Source: Candidatus Woesearchaeota archaeon
GTDB taxonomy: Archaea > Nanobdellota > Nanobdellia > Woesearchaeales > WJKB01
NCBI GenBank assembly: GCA_014729345.1
Contig: WJKB01000056.1
Location: forward strand, 71-64,070
Length of the DNA stretch: 64,000 bases
Direction of reading: 5' to 3'
The notes under the pieces are model-generated. The model was given only the letters and a program-made list of their open reading frames with translations, was not told the DNA's origin and made no database searches. Every line of letters starts with the position of its first letter. Position 1 is the first letter of the stretch. The position numbers were made by a program, and so were the translations under genes. Positions 28,706-39,100 of this stretch are shown here, piece after piece.

Positions 28706-29203
28706 TTATCCATAAGTAAGCTCTGCCAGCCGCAGGTCATCGATACTGTCAGCAAGCTCTCCAGAGCAGTAATCTGTGCTTGCCAGCACTGTCACCATGT
28801 CTTCTGTTAACCTGTCTTCAGGATAGATGCATGTCATCTCAGCTCCCTGGAATAAGGTCCTCACCTCTTCAGGCTCATCTGGATCCAGCTCTTCTATCCT
28901 CTTGCTGATGGTGCAGTCATCCTGCACCGCAACAACTGCAGTAGTACCTTCGATATTCTCTTCAAGGTATGCAGGCTCGCAGTCAGCATATGCCTGCACT
29001 ATGCATGCCTCATCCCTGCATCTTTTGCCCTGGCCTGCTCCAGGTAGAAGATACAATGCCCCGAATGTCACCAGCAAGCCGACGATCACGACACCAGCCA
29101 CTATACCGAGCCATCTCATGCGTCTTTTTCTTGAAATGATCTTCCTGCTTCCAGGGACGATCGATCTGCCGGTGTTCAAGGATGTAGGTTTCATGTTTGC
29201 CAT
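28706..29203 (-). CDS. Membrane-anchored Cys-containing surface protein
   Basis: Basic N-terminus, single TM, ectodomain with six Cys ending CSGEL. Confidence 0.7.
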   Translation of the reverse strand: MANMKPTSLNTGRSIVPGSRKIISRKRRMRWLGIVAGVVIVGLLVTFGALYLLPGAGQGKRCRDEACIVQAYADCEPAYLEENIEGTTAVVAVQDDCTISKRIEELDPDEPEEVRTLFQGAEMTCIYPEDRLTEDMVTVLASTDYCSGELADSIDDLRLAELTYG

Positions 29204-29225
29204 CTGTCTTCACCCTTTTTTTCTA

Positions 29226-29290
29226 TCATCTTTCAATCATCTACCTCTCAATCATCTACCTCTCAATTCATCTTTCAATCATCTTTCTTC
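29226..29290. repeat. Degenerate intergenic tandem repeat (tcaatcatctacctc x2 plus atctttcaatc variants)
   Basis: Read directly from the sequence. Confidence 0.7.
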
Positions 29291-29382
29291 TTTAAATAGT
29301 TTTATCTCAACTCTTCAGTCAGGAACCTGCTTCTGCAGCTCCTCCATCTTCTCCAGAGCCTGCAGTACTGCCTGAAGCGCTT

Positions 29383-32300
29383 TCAGCCGGCTGCAGGACA
29401 AAGCATCACAGCATCTGCGTTTGTCGCGCCGTACGGATGCGCCTGGGATGGGTCTATGACTACCTTCTCCTCTTCCCTGCCGTCGAAATAGAAGGTTCCC
29501 AGGGGCTTCCAGGTAAACCTTGCGCAGTTTGCCTGGCCTGCAGTTACCCTTGTCTTCTGGCCCGCATGATGTATCCAGTAGTTCACGCAGCAGCTGGGCC
29601 TGTTGTAGGTGCCGTCATAGCTTGCGCATACAAGGTACTCACCAGGCTCAAATTCAGCTATCCTTCCGAAAAAGTATGTGGCTCTCTGGTCAGATACTCT
29701 TCCGTATCCTTTTGCCTTGCTTGTGTAATAGTCATGGCCTTCATAGTCAAACCCTCCATCATCCATCCAAGGAGCGCTGCCGTTGATGACTGCAAGGCCT
29801 TCATCAAGCTCATCAATAACATAGCATCCTGTCATAGATGTGCACTGTGCCATCTCCTCTTCCCATCTGGCCTCATCCTCCTCAGACCATTCGCAGTCAG
29901 GAACCACCTCTTCTTTCTCCTTTTCAGCGATGTCCATGACGCAGCATTTCTGGTACCTGTCGCATGAGTATTCTGCTTCAGTAAAAGGCATCTCCTCTGT
30001 GTCCTCGCATTCGTCCAGGCATGTCCCTCCATGCGCTGTGCAATCCTGGAGAAGGACCTCTGACATGAACCTGCCTTCCAGTTCCCCTTTTTTCAGCTTG
30101 TCCTTGATCTCTTCTTCTCCTTGCTCATCCAGATATTGGCTGGCCTCTATCTCCTGTACATATGATTCCCAGTTTATGAGGTTCTGGATCGCAGTCACAG
30201 CGTTTTCAGGAGGAATGAGACCATACTCATAATCATCGATAAACTCCTGTGCAAGCGGAACAGGGACGGATGCGATCTCATTTTCGCTGAAAGGCGCTGC
30301 TGGCGGTGGTCGCGCAGCTTCACCAGGGCCTCCTGTCCTGAGCCTCCACAACAACAGGCCCCCTGTAATCCCTCCAAGCAGCAGGAGCAGCGCAAGCCAG
30401 TTCCTCCTTCTGCCCCTTTCCTGTTCAGCTGCAGGCTCCTGGGCAAGCACAGCTTCCTCTCTGGCCGCTTTCTCTGCTGCCTCATGGGGCATGAGCCTGC
30501 CGTCAGGTCTTGTATACTGTCTTCTTCCGCGTCTGTCAACTTGTCCTATGATGTTCTGGCTCCTCAGGTTGTTGACAGCTTCCCTTCCTCTCTGGACAGC
30601 CTCGTCAGGGGTCAGTGTGTTCCCCTCATTGTCCCTGTAGATGACATCTCCCTGCTGGTCGACCTCAGGAGTGATGCCAAGGGCTTCCCTGTCTGCGATA
30701 AGCTCGTCAGTCTCTTTGCGCGCATCTTCTCTGCTTATCCATATCCCTGGCTCGTCTTCCGCAAGCTTCTGTCTCTGCTGTATCCTTCGGTTCACAAGAT
30801 TATAGGTTATTCCCATCGCTTTCCTGGCGTCTCTTGTCTCCTGCACTTGCCTCTTGACATCATCGTCAGACATGAACCTTCCCTGGGAATCACGCCAGCG
30901 ACCTACACCAGGGTCATATGAATAGCCAAGGTCTTTCCTTATCCTCTGCCTTGTCAGCTCGTCCCTTGCCGCCTCATCAGCCTGCTGCTGGGAAGCGAAC
31001 CTTCCCAGAGGGTCACGCCAGCGGCCGACACCAGGGTCATAAGAGAATCCTGCCTGTTCCAGCGCATTCCTGTATCCTGCTCTTGAGATGTAATCAGCAG
31101 CCTCCTGGTCGATCGCCTCTTTTGAGGCAAACCTTCCCTGGGAATCACGCCAGCGACCTACATTAAGGTCATAACTGTACCCAAGCTGCTGGATTGAGTA
31201 TGAATGGACAAGATCCTGCATCTGCTGTCCTGTGACAAACCTGCCGTCAGGACCGCGGTAGCGCCCATCAGCATCCACAGTTATCCCTGCTTCTGCCCTC
31301 ATGTACTGCATATTCTCTTCAGGCGTCACCAGCTGGTTGATGTCTTCCTCAACCGCAAGGTCCTGCTGTATCAGCGGCTTTCTCAGCTCCCTGACAGGCT
31401 CTGTACTGGCTTCTGCTGCAGGCTCTGCTCCGATGATTGCCTCCTCTTCAGCCAGCCATGGTTCGGCAGCCAGTTCCTCTTCCTGCTCCTGGGCAGTCTC
31501 CAGGCTTTCAAGAGCCTCTTCTCCCTGCCTTATCTGGTCCATATATATGGTATGTACATCATCTATAGGTCCTGTCTGCAGTTTGTAGTACCTCTGCGCC
31601 GTGGTCCATGCTCTCTGCCTGAGCCTTTCTGTTTCCTGGCTGGATCTGACATATCTTTCTCTAAGCCCTTGCAGTTCCTGCTCCAGCTCGCGCAGCTCTC
31701 CTCTTGCTGAATTGACCAGCTCCATGTTTTCCCTTTCCTGTTGGGTTCCGAAAGGCATGGCTATGACATCCCCTTTCAGCTGCAGGGCCCTCTGCTCTGC
31801 ATCCCTTATCCACTCGTTTTCTATGCCTATGTCCTTGTCCACATCTGCAGTACCAGGGTGCTCCTGCACAGCTTTCACTGCCAGCGCAAACATCCATTTT
31901 TGGGACTGGTCAGAAAGATCCAGCTCCTGGACAGAAGCCTCGCCTCCCTCCACTGACACCTTTTTTACGCGATAGGTACCTTCTGACCTGTAGACCTCAT
32001 AATAGTCGCCGCTTACGATGCTGCCGTCATCACCCCATACAAGGGGATTATCATCAAAGAACTTTTGAAGGTGTATCTCTACTGCAAAGGCTCCGTCAGA
32101 AAGCCTGTGTATGGTCACCTGCTGCATAGTCTCAAGTGTCTCTCCCAGCTGTCCTTTCCTGAAACCTATGAACTGCTTCACAAGCTCCTCTGCGTTCCCT
32201 GGCTTCTCGGCAGTGTAGGGTTCTGTTGCAGCTGCAACAGCCTGTTCAAGCCTTGACTCTGCAGCTGCAAGAGCCTGTTCAGCCTGTGCAATGTCTGCCG

Positions 32301-33024
32301 ATATCGTGTCCAGCGCTTCCTGCGCCTGGTTTAGGGTTAGCCTGGCCTGTTCTGCGCTCAGCCGAGCATCATCTATCTTTTCTGCATCTGTCCTCTGCCT
32401 GGCTGCTCGCAGGTCCTGCAGCACTTCCTGCAGTGACATCCCCTGCTCTTCCAGGGTCTTTTCCATGATCCTTTCGACATACTGAAACTCTTGCTCTCTC
32501 AACTTCAGGTATGCATCGTAAAGCTCCTGATCATCAACAGCTGCCAGGTAATCATCTACTAATCCCTGGCTGTTCAGCTCCACGTACTTCTGGCTGAACA
32601 CACTTCTGATGTTATCCCTGATATTCTGCTCCATCACTGCAATGGCCTCAGCATCGCTCCGGCCTTTCATATTTAGCCACTCTTCATAAGCTCCTTCTGC
32701 GCTTCCAAGAGAATAGGCATAATCCAGCTGGAGAAGTTCTGGAGCATATCTGAACTTCTGTCCTGTATCCTGCCTAAAGGCATATCCGAGGCTGTCGACG
32801 CCTGCAGCATCATAGTCTCCTGAAAGGATATCAGCCCTGATATTCTGCTGCTGCTCTTGTGAAAGATCTTCGAAATGTCTGTTATGGCGCTGCAGAGAAA
32901 GCGCCTCTGCCTGCCAGCCCTCAAAGCCCGTAGGGCAGTTTGCCTGAGCAAAACAGAAAGGAAGCATGACAGTAAGGACTATCATGAAGGTTGCCATGGT
33001 CTTGAGGTTTTTTGTGTGTCTCAT
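29383..33024 (-). CDS. 1213-aa modular surface protein: signal peptide, coiled coils, GRWRDxxGRF repeats, TM, defensin-like Cys motif, golvesin/CBM-like C-terminal domain
   Basis: N-terminal hydrophobic signal; repeats LGYSYDxxVGRWRDSQGRF; RRRNWLALLLLLGGITGGLLLW TM; CxxxGGxC..C..C..CC; PGEYLV..WKPLGTFYF..ADAV. Confidence 0.85.
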   Translation of the reverse strand: MRHTKNLKTMATFMIVLTVMLPFCFAQANCPTGFEGWQAEALSLQRHNRHFEDLSQEQQQNIRADILSGDYDAAGVDSLGYAFRQDTGQKFRYAPELLQLDYAYSLGSAEGAYEEWLNMKGRSDAEAIAVMEQNIRDNIRSVFSQKYVELNSQGLVDDYLAAVDDQELYDAYLKLREQEFQYVERIMEKTLEEQGMSLQEVLQDLRAARQRTDAEKIDDARLSAEQARLTLNQAQEALDTISADIAQAEQALAAAESRLEQAVAAATEPYTAEKPGNAEELVKQFIGFRKGQLGETLETMQQVTIHRLSDGAFAVEIHLQKFFDDNPLVWGDDGSIVSGDYYEVYRSEGTYRVKKVSVEGGEASVQELDLSDQSQKWMFALAVKAVQEHPGTADVDKDIGIENEWIRDAEQRALQLKGDVIAMPFGTQQERENMELVNSARGELRELEQELQGLRERYVRSSQETERLRQRAWTTAQRYYKLQTGPIDDVHTIYMDQIRQGEEALESLETAQEQEEELAAEPWLAEEEAIIGAEPAAEASTEPVRELRKPLIQQDLAVEEDINQLVTPEENMQYMRAEAGITVDADGRYRGPDGRFVTGQQMQDLVHSYSIQQLGYSYDLNVGRWRDSQGRFASKEAIDQEAADYISRAGYRNALEQAGFSYDPGVGRWRDPLGRFASQQQADEAARDELTRQRIRKDLGYSYDPGVGRWRDSQGRFMSDDDVKRQVQETRDARKAMGITYNLVNRRIQQRQKLAEDEPGIWISREDARKETDELIADREALGITPEVDQQGDVIYRDNEGNTLTPDEAVQRGREAVNNLRSQNIIGQVDRRGRRQYTRPDGRLMPHEAAEKAAREEAVLAQEPAAEQERGRRRNWLALLLLLGGITGGLLLWRLRTGGPGEAARPPPAAPFSENEIASVPVPLAQEFIDDYEYGLIPPENAVTAIQNLINWESYVQEIEASQYLDEQGEEEIKDKLKKGELEGRFMSEVLLQDCTAHGGTCLDECEDTEEMPFTEAEYSCDRYQKCCVMDIAEKEKEEVVPDCEWSEEDEARWEEEMAQCTSMTGCYVIDELDEGLAVINGSAPWMDDGGFDYEGHDYYTSKAKGYGRVSDQRATYFFGRIAEFEPGEYLVCASYDGTYNRPSCCVNYWIHHAGQKTRVTAGQANCARFTWKPLGTFYFDGREEEKVVIDPSQAHPYGATNADAVMLCPAAG
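30480..31290 (-). repeat. About seven ~40-45-aa protein repeats (G-[YF/I]-x..GRWRDxxGRF..helix), three nearly identical
   Basis: aaccttccctgggaatcacgccagcgaccta occurs at ~30875 and ~31130, with a related copy at ~31000; flanking copies are degenerate. Confidence 0.85.
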
Positions 33025-33116
33025 GATATCACCGTCCGTATTTGCATTATCTTCCCATCTTTCCTGGAATCTGCAATATCCTTCTCACTGCGCTTTTTTC
33101 TTTCTGCAGGCGTCAT
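33021..33116 (-). CDS. 31-aa bridging mini-ORF (MTPAERKKRSEKDIADSRKDGKIMQIRTVIS)
   Basis: ATG overlaps the giant gene stop (TGATG); its TGA overlaps the next ATG (ATGA); open across the whole gap. Confidence 0.45.
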   Translation of the reverse strand: MTPAERKKRSEKDIADSRKDGKIMQIRTVIS

Positions 33117-36100
33117 CAGGTACATGCCTCTACCCTGCCTGTAGATTCTGGCATCAGAGCTTCATATTCTGGAATGACCTGCTGCTGTTGTTCAAACAGC
33201 TTGTAATTGTTGTATATTATCTGGGATGCGAAGTCTCTGAGTACAAATGATGCATGTACAAAGTCAACCTCTTCAAAGGAATCATAATAAGCCCTTGTCT
33301 GAGAGATGTCCATCATTGCAGGTTGAACTCCTGGTATCCTCACCATCCGCTCACTTGCCCTTAGTTCCTGTATCACTTTGTCAACATATTCCTGATTTCC
33401 GTCGAAAAGGGCAAGCAGCATTGACTGGAATTCAGGGCTTTCAAGGCCTTTTTCAGTAAGCAGATGCTGGTTGTTATTGTAAGCCATGTAGACCTTGTTC
33501 ATATGGTTGTACAGCCGAGCCACCACATTCTGCGTCATCTCTCTGTCTCTTTCTGCACCCTGGGACTGCACCCTGTATGGCTCTCCAGGATCTGTCTCCC
33601 TCATAAGGGGGTCAACATCCTTGCCGATCCTATATTCAGGCCTGTAAGCGAGTCCTGCCTGGATATGCGACCCGATAAGGGCGCCTGCGTTTGAAAACGC
33701 TGTAATTGTCTGGTAAGCTGGCCCGAACTGTTCTCTTATACTAGAGATATCCTCCAGGCTGGCTGCATAATCAACAACATCAGATCTTTCGCTGGAATCT
33801 ACAAGGAATATCCTGAATGTTACTCCATTTCCAGCTTGATCCAGTCTTGTGAATGCGAAACTTCTTGCAAGTGCTGGATGACCTTTTGCGACAAGGTCTT
33901 CCTCATTCTGCTGTGCTTCTATATCATACCTGTAGTCTGTCATCCCTATACTTGTTGTTGATATCTCCTGATATTCATGCTCAAATCCTATGCCTGTCTT
34001 AAAGGTGTACTCAGGAGCAGATACCCGTGTTTGGCCGTCATAGTAATAACCCTGGAAATTCGGGGTCCCTATGCCTTTCAAACCTATCCTGTAACCGTAC
34101 TGCACCTTATGGGTGGATGGGTCATACTCGATAGCAGACTCGGTAAGATGCTCAAAGAAGATCTCATCCACCTCTCCGGTCTGCTTGTTGACTACAATGG
34201 TAGTGGGCTGTTTGACATGGAACTCTCTTCCTCCCTGCGCAAAGACAGGTATATCATTACCTGTGTATTCAAGTCCGAACAGGACCTCTATCTCATCTTT
34301 GCTAAGATCATTGAAGTTCCTGTCCCAGACATCTCCGGCTATAGGCACAGGCATGCCCACCTCATCAGGATTCCGGTCTTCTCCCTCAGACTTGATCTCT
34401 GCTATTCCATCCTGGTATTCTTCTTCTGTTATCTGTCCTTGTTGTCTCTGCCGGACCAGAGATCTGACTTGCTCAAGCTTTTCCCTGCTTCCCAGCTTTT
34501 CAGAAGCCGTATACAGTCCTGCGACAACAGCAAACTCCTTGTATTGATGGTCTGCGCGAGCTACCCTACTGATCGGAAGTGCTTCAGCCATCTGTTCCCT
34601 AAATTCATCATTTCTCTCAGCTTCTGTCTGTCCAGGGATATTGCCCTGCCTCATATCTTCGACTATTGCCATAGCAGCATCGTATCTTTCCTCAGTCCCT
34701 GCTATCTTCCACAGATGTACCCTGAACTGATCTTCGGTGAGCCTTCCGGCTTCTGCCTGCCTGAACCTTGTGACTGCCGCCAGACCAGGATTTCTTTTGT
34801 TATAGATATCTCTTTTTGAGATTTCTGATTGCTCCATGATTCTTTCTCTTTGCTGTTCATCCAATGCCTGGGCATCCAGGATGTTGTTCAGGTTTTCCCT
34901 GATCCTGGTTTCCATAGACACCTCTGGAACAACAGGTTCTGCCGCAGGCTCTTCCTCCACAGCAGGCTCCTCTGCCTCAACCATTTCCTCTACTTCTGAA
35001 AGCTGTGCAATCAATCCCCTTTCAGTTTCAGCCTGGATCTCCAGTGCATATGCCGCTCTCTGGGCCTGCCTGACAGTCTCTGCTCCATCTGCAGGAGGGG
35101 CCAGCCTGCTGTCTATGTCTGTTACAGCAGTCACAGGTACATCCACCATGTCCTGCAGACCGTTCTTGACTGCCCTTACAAAGGAATCCTGCCTCACATC
35201 GCTTTGATAGCTGTTGATGATGTATACATCGTCCCCTTGCACAAACACCTGAAGATCTGCAACACCTGTAATCTCTGCTGCTCTTCCGGCGATCGCTGCA
35301 GCAGCATCAGCCTCGATCCCAGGCGCGTTCAGGACAGTAACTGAAGGGGAGGATATGGATTCCAGCTGCTGAGACCTGCTCTGGATATTCTGCATGATAT
35401 CCATCGCTGCTTTTGCTGCACTTGAGCCAAGACTAAGCTCGGTCTCCACTGCAAGCTGTTCTCCCTGCTCCTGCCTGATCTCTTCAGCCAAATCCTGTAT
35501 AGCGCTCTCATACTCCTGTAGTGCCTGCTCGTATGCAGCCAGCCTCCTTTCATAAGCTATGCTCCCTTCCTGAGGCATGGTGGGCCTTGTGATACCCCTT
35601 TGCTGTGCCTGCTGCTCTGCAAGCCTCTGGATCTCAGCGGCAACTCCATTTTCAACATCCTGCTGCATTAAAAGGTATATCTCATTAAATGTATCCTGGA
35701 ATTCCCTGCCTGCAAACCTTGTTTCTTCAAGCGCAGAGCGGGTTGTTGCAGCATATTGCGGAAGAGCCTCATCTATGATCCTGTTCTTCTCATGGGTCAG
35801 GCCTCTCTCAACAAACCTTTGGGCTGGATTCAGCCCTACCATCCCCATTATTTCAGCATTATCCACCAGGTCTGCAGCTTCAGGGATCCCCTGCAGACGC
35901 TCATAGAGCAGTGCTGCCCTATGGTTCTTTCCCAGCCCAACCAGGCTGTTGAAGTAGCTCTCTGCTTCCTGAGCTGACATGCCTGCGATCACCTCTGCCT
36001 CCGTGCTAAGAGCAATGATCTCTCCAAAAGGGCTTTCCACAGCCTGGACTGCTGATGCTTTCAGGCCGATGATATCTGTCCTTACCTGCTGCTCCATACC

Positions 36101-39100
36101 CTCAGGCACCTGCTCCTGCACAGCCAGGTATATCTCTTCAGCTGTATTCTCTCTGACCATATCGACTGTAAGCGCGTCCCTTATCCCAGGCATGTCCTGG
36201 AACCTGAGCCCGATCTCCCCTCTGACCTGTTTTTCCAGCGCAAGCTCTTCGACTATGATGCCTTCTCCCAGAAGCTCCCGCACATCTATCCCGATATTTT
36301 CCTGCCTGTACAGGAGGGCTGCAAACTGGTCTGCTACGTCTGAGTCCGCCCTCAGGAGCTGCAGGTACTGTCTTGCTGCTGCCGTTTTCATATCCCTGTC
36401 CATCCCAGGGTCCATAATCGTGTCAAGCAGGGTGCTGAACCTTTCCTCAAGTATAATATCAATCCTTTCAAGAGAAAGTTCCTTGAGCGCAGAATCAGGC
36501 TGCTGGTCTGTCAGTCTCTTCCGCTGCACGAGGTTGTTGGTGATCACAGGCCCGTATTGCAGTTCTATTATCTCTCTTTGCGCATCCAGGGCCTGACCAA
36601 ATCCGGACTCATGGGCGCTGATATATGCTCTTGCCGCCTCATCATTGACCTCTGAAGCCCTGCGCACATCATCATAGTACTGTTCACCAAGCAGTCTCTT
36701 CAAGAATTCTTCACTCCTTTCATTGTTCCTGTTCTGTGCCAGCCTCAGTATTGCGTTCTCCACACTGGACTCGTCTGTATAGTAATACCTCTCCCCTCCA
36801 CTGATAGCTGTGATAGTGTCTACTGCGCTCATCACCTGTATAAGATCCTCTTTTCCTTCCAGTAGCGCAGGCAGCTCTCCAGGAGTCCTTGGATATCCCC
36901 TGTACTCCTGCCCTGGCTCAACACCCATGTGTACATGGTGCGATGCCGCAAGCGCAGCCACAGTGGCCTGGTCCCTCACTTCAGCAGATATGTCTGTCCT
37001 GGAAGCTATCTGTGCATAAATGGCATCTATCCTAGCCTGCACATCCTCATGAACTCCTGTATCAAGCCTGCCCTGTGCATCATACATCTGGACAGTGTTG
37101 CCCTGCTCATCAACATAAAGCGCATCGATCTCTGCTATCAGATCAGCAGGCATATCAGGATTATCCCTGGCCATGAGGTAAAGCAGCGCCCTTTCTGTAT
37201 TTGTGGGATGGACTGTCATGTAATCCTGGAAGAAGTTTTCAGTCATTCCGACTCCTGTGATTCCGCTCTGCTCTATCTGCTCTTCTGTAAGCCCCCTTGC
37301 CCTTAGTTCATCCACAGCTGCAGCCTTTGCATCGCTGCTGAAAATTGTCTCAAGGTTCTGCGCAGGCCATTCGAGCTTGCCAAGGTCATGCACAGCCATG
37401 GCTCTCCTCAGCAGATCCATGTCATCATCTGATAATCCGAGCTGTCCTGCAACCGCAGCTGCAGCCTCAAGATTCCTCATGCTCATAAGAGTATGGACCA
37501 TGGTCGGGGAGGGGTTATGGGTGGCAAGGGCCTCAAGCGCAGCGATCTGGTTCTGGGTTAGGCTGTCTTCAGGCAGCATGTCTCTAAGTTCTCCTGTAAG
37601 CTGCACTCCCCATGCGATCCTCTGGGACTCATATTCTTCATCATATGTTATTCCGTCTACAGTGCTTGGAGCTCCGAAAGCCTCCCTCTCAAGCCTTTCG
37701 ATAGGGATTTCCACCTCACCGATTATCTGCACTTGAAGCGGCCTTGATTCCTGTGCAAGCGCACGTATCTCCTGCATCTGCTGGTCAGCGGCAAGATTGA
37801 CCTGGAAGACCCCCATGCCCGCAGACTCAAACAGCGCCTCTGCATTAATTATCCATGCATCTGTCACTGTCCATACGCCCTCCTGATCCTGCTCAAGATA
37901 TCTTACCTCCCCTGTGTTCACGTTTGAATATCCTGCAAACAGGCTCTCAAGACTTTCCTGCTCTGAAAGCAGCTCCTCCCTGTAAGCTTCTTCTTCAACA
38001 GTCAGGCCCTCAGCTGCTTCCTGCTTATCAAGCATTCCGATCTCATCACCCGCCTCGCTTAGACGGTTTTCTATATTTGTCTCAAGAGCCCTCATCCTTG
38101 CACTCGGCCCTCTCAGTCCGAGCGCTGCCATGGCAAACTCATTTGCAAGCTCTTCTCTTGCATCTTCCATGGTCTCGTCAGCTGTCATCTGAGCAGCATC
38201 CACAGCCATGTCTGTGAGGTCCTGCGTCCTAAGGAGCAGCTGCTCGTGCCTTTCATGCATGAATATGAATGACCTTACCATGATGTCTGGCTGCCCTTGC
38301 AGCTCAGGGAAGGCATCCCTGACAGCGTCGACTGTCTGCGGAGAAGGATCCACAAAGATATCTGACTCTGTCGAAAGTCCTGCAAGTATGTAGGTGCCTG
38401 TAGGTGTCTGGATCTCGAGAGGTGAGGCAGGCGCAGTTATCTCAAAGTCTATCAGGCCCATCTCAGCAAGATTGGAAAGAGGGGTCGCAAGCATGTCTGC
38501 TGTAGGTCCGCCCTGCGAGTAATAGATGTTCTTGAGCCTGTCTGAGTACGCCATCACCCTGTTGACTGAAGGAACTGCTGCAATCTGTCTTGCCATAAGG
38601 AATTTGGCAGCTTCTCCGTACTGTTCTGATTCGATTGCGCTCACAAACGCCCCTATGACCTCGTTCGGATTGCTCCTGGCCAACTCCAGCGCTGTCGATT
38701 CAATGTTCCTTAGAGCGTTGATGTCACCCCCATATGCCTCATAGCCTGCAGCAAGCGCAGCTGCAGCATCATAAGCGTCCTGGCTGCTTTGGGATGCTGT
38801 CTCGAGCAGCTGGGCTGCAGAAGCTCTTGAGACGTCGTCATTCCTGCTCTGCAGCGACCTCACCATCTGTTCGGGAGTGGCAGTATCCCTTGCAGCCTGC
38901 AGCAGCTGCTGGTCCATGAGGTTCTGCACTGCCTGCAGATATATGCTTTCCATGGCAATTGTCTCATCTGTCCTTCCCTGCTGTTCTATCTCCATAAGCC
39001 TCATGAATTCAGCCCTTATCTCTCCTGAACTGATAGCTTCAGCATAAGCTGCAGCAGTTACATCAGGATCCACTCCGTACTCCTGTCCTGCGGTGTAGAC

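Noticed and set aside
35040..37520. Cas10-like HD plus GGDD protein
   Set aside because: The HD domain has GYP-type motifs, lies in a secreted protein and has no type III CRISPR genes nearby
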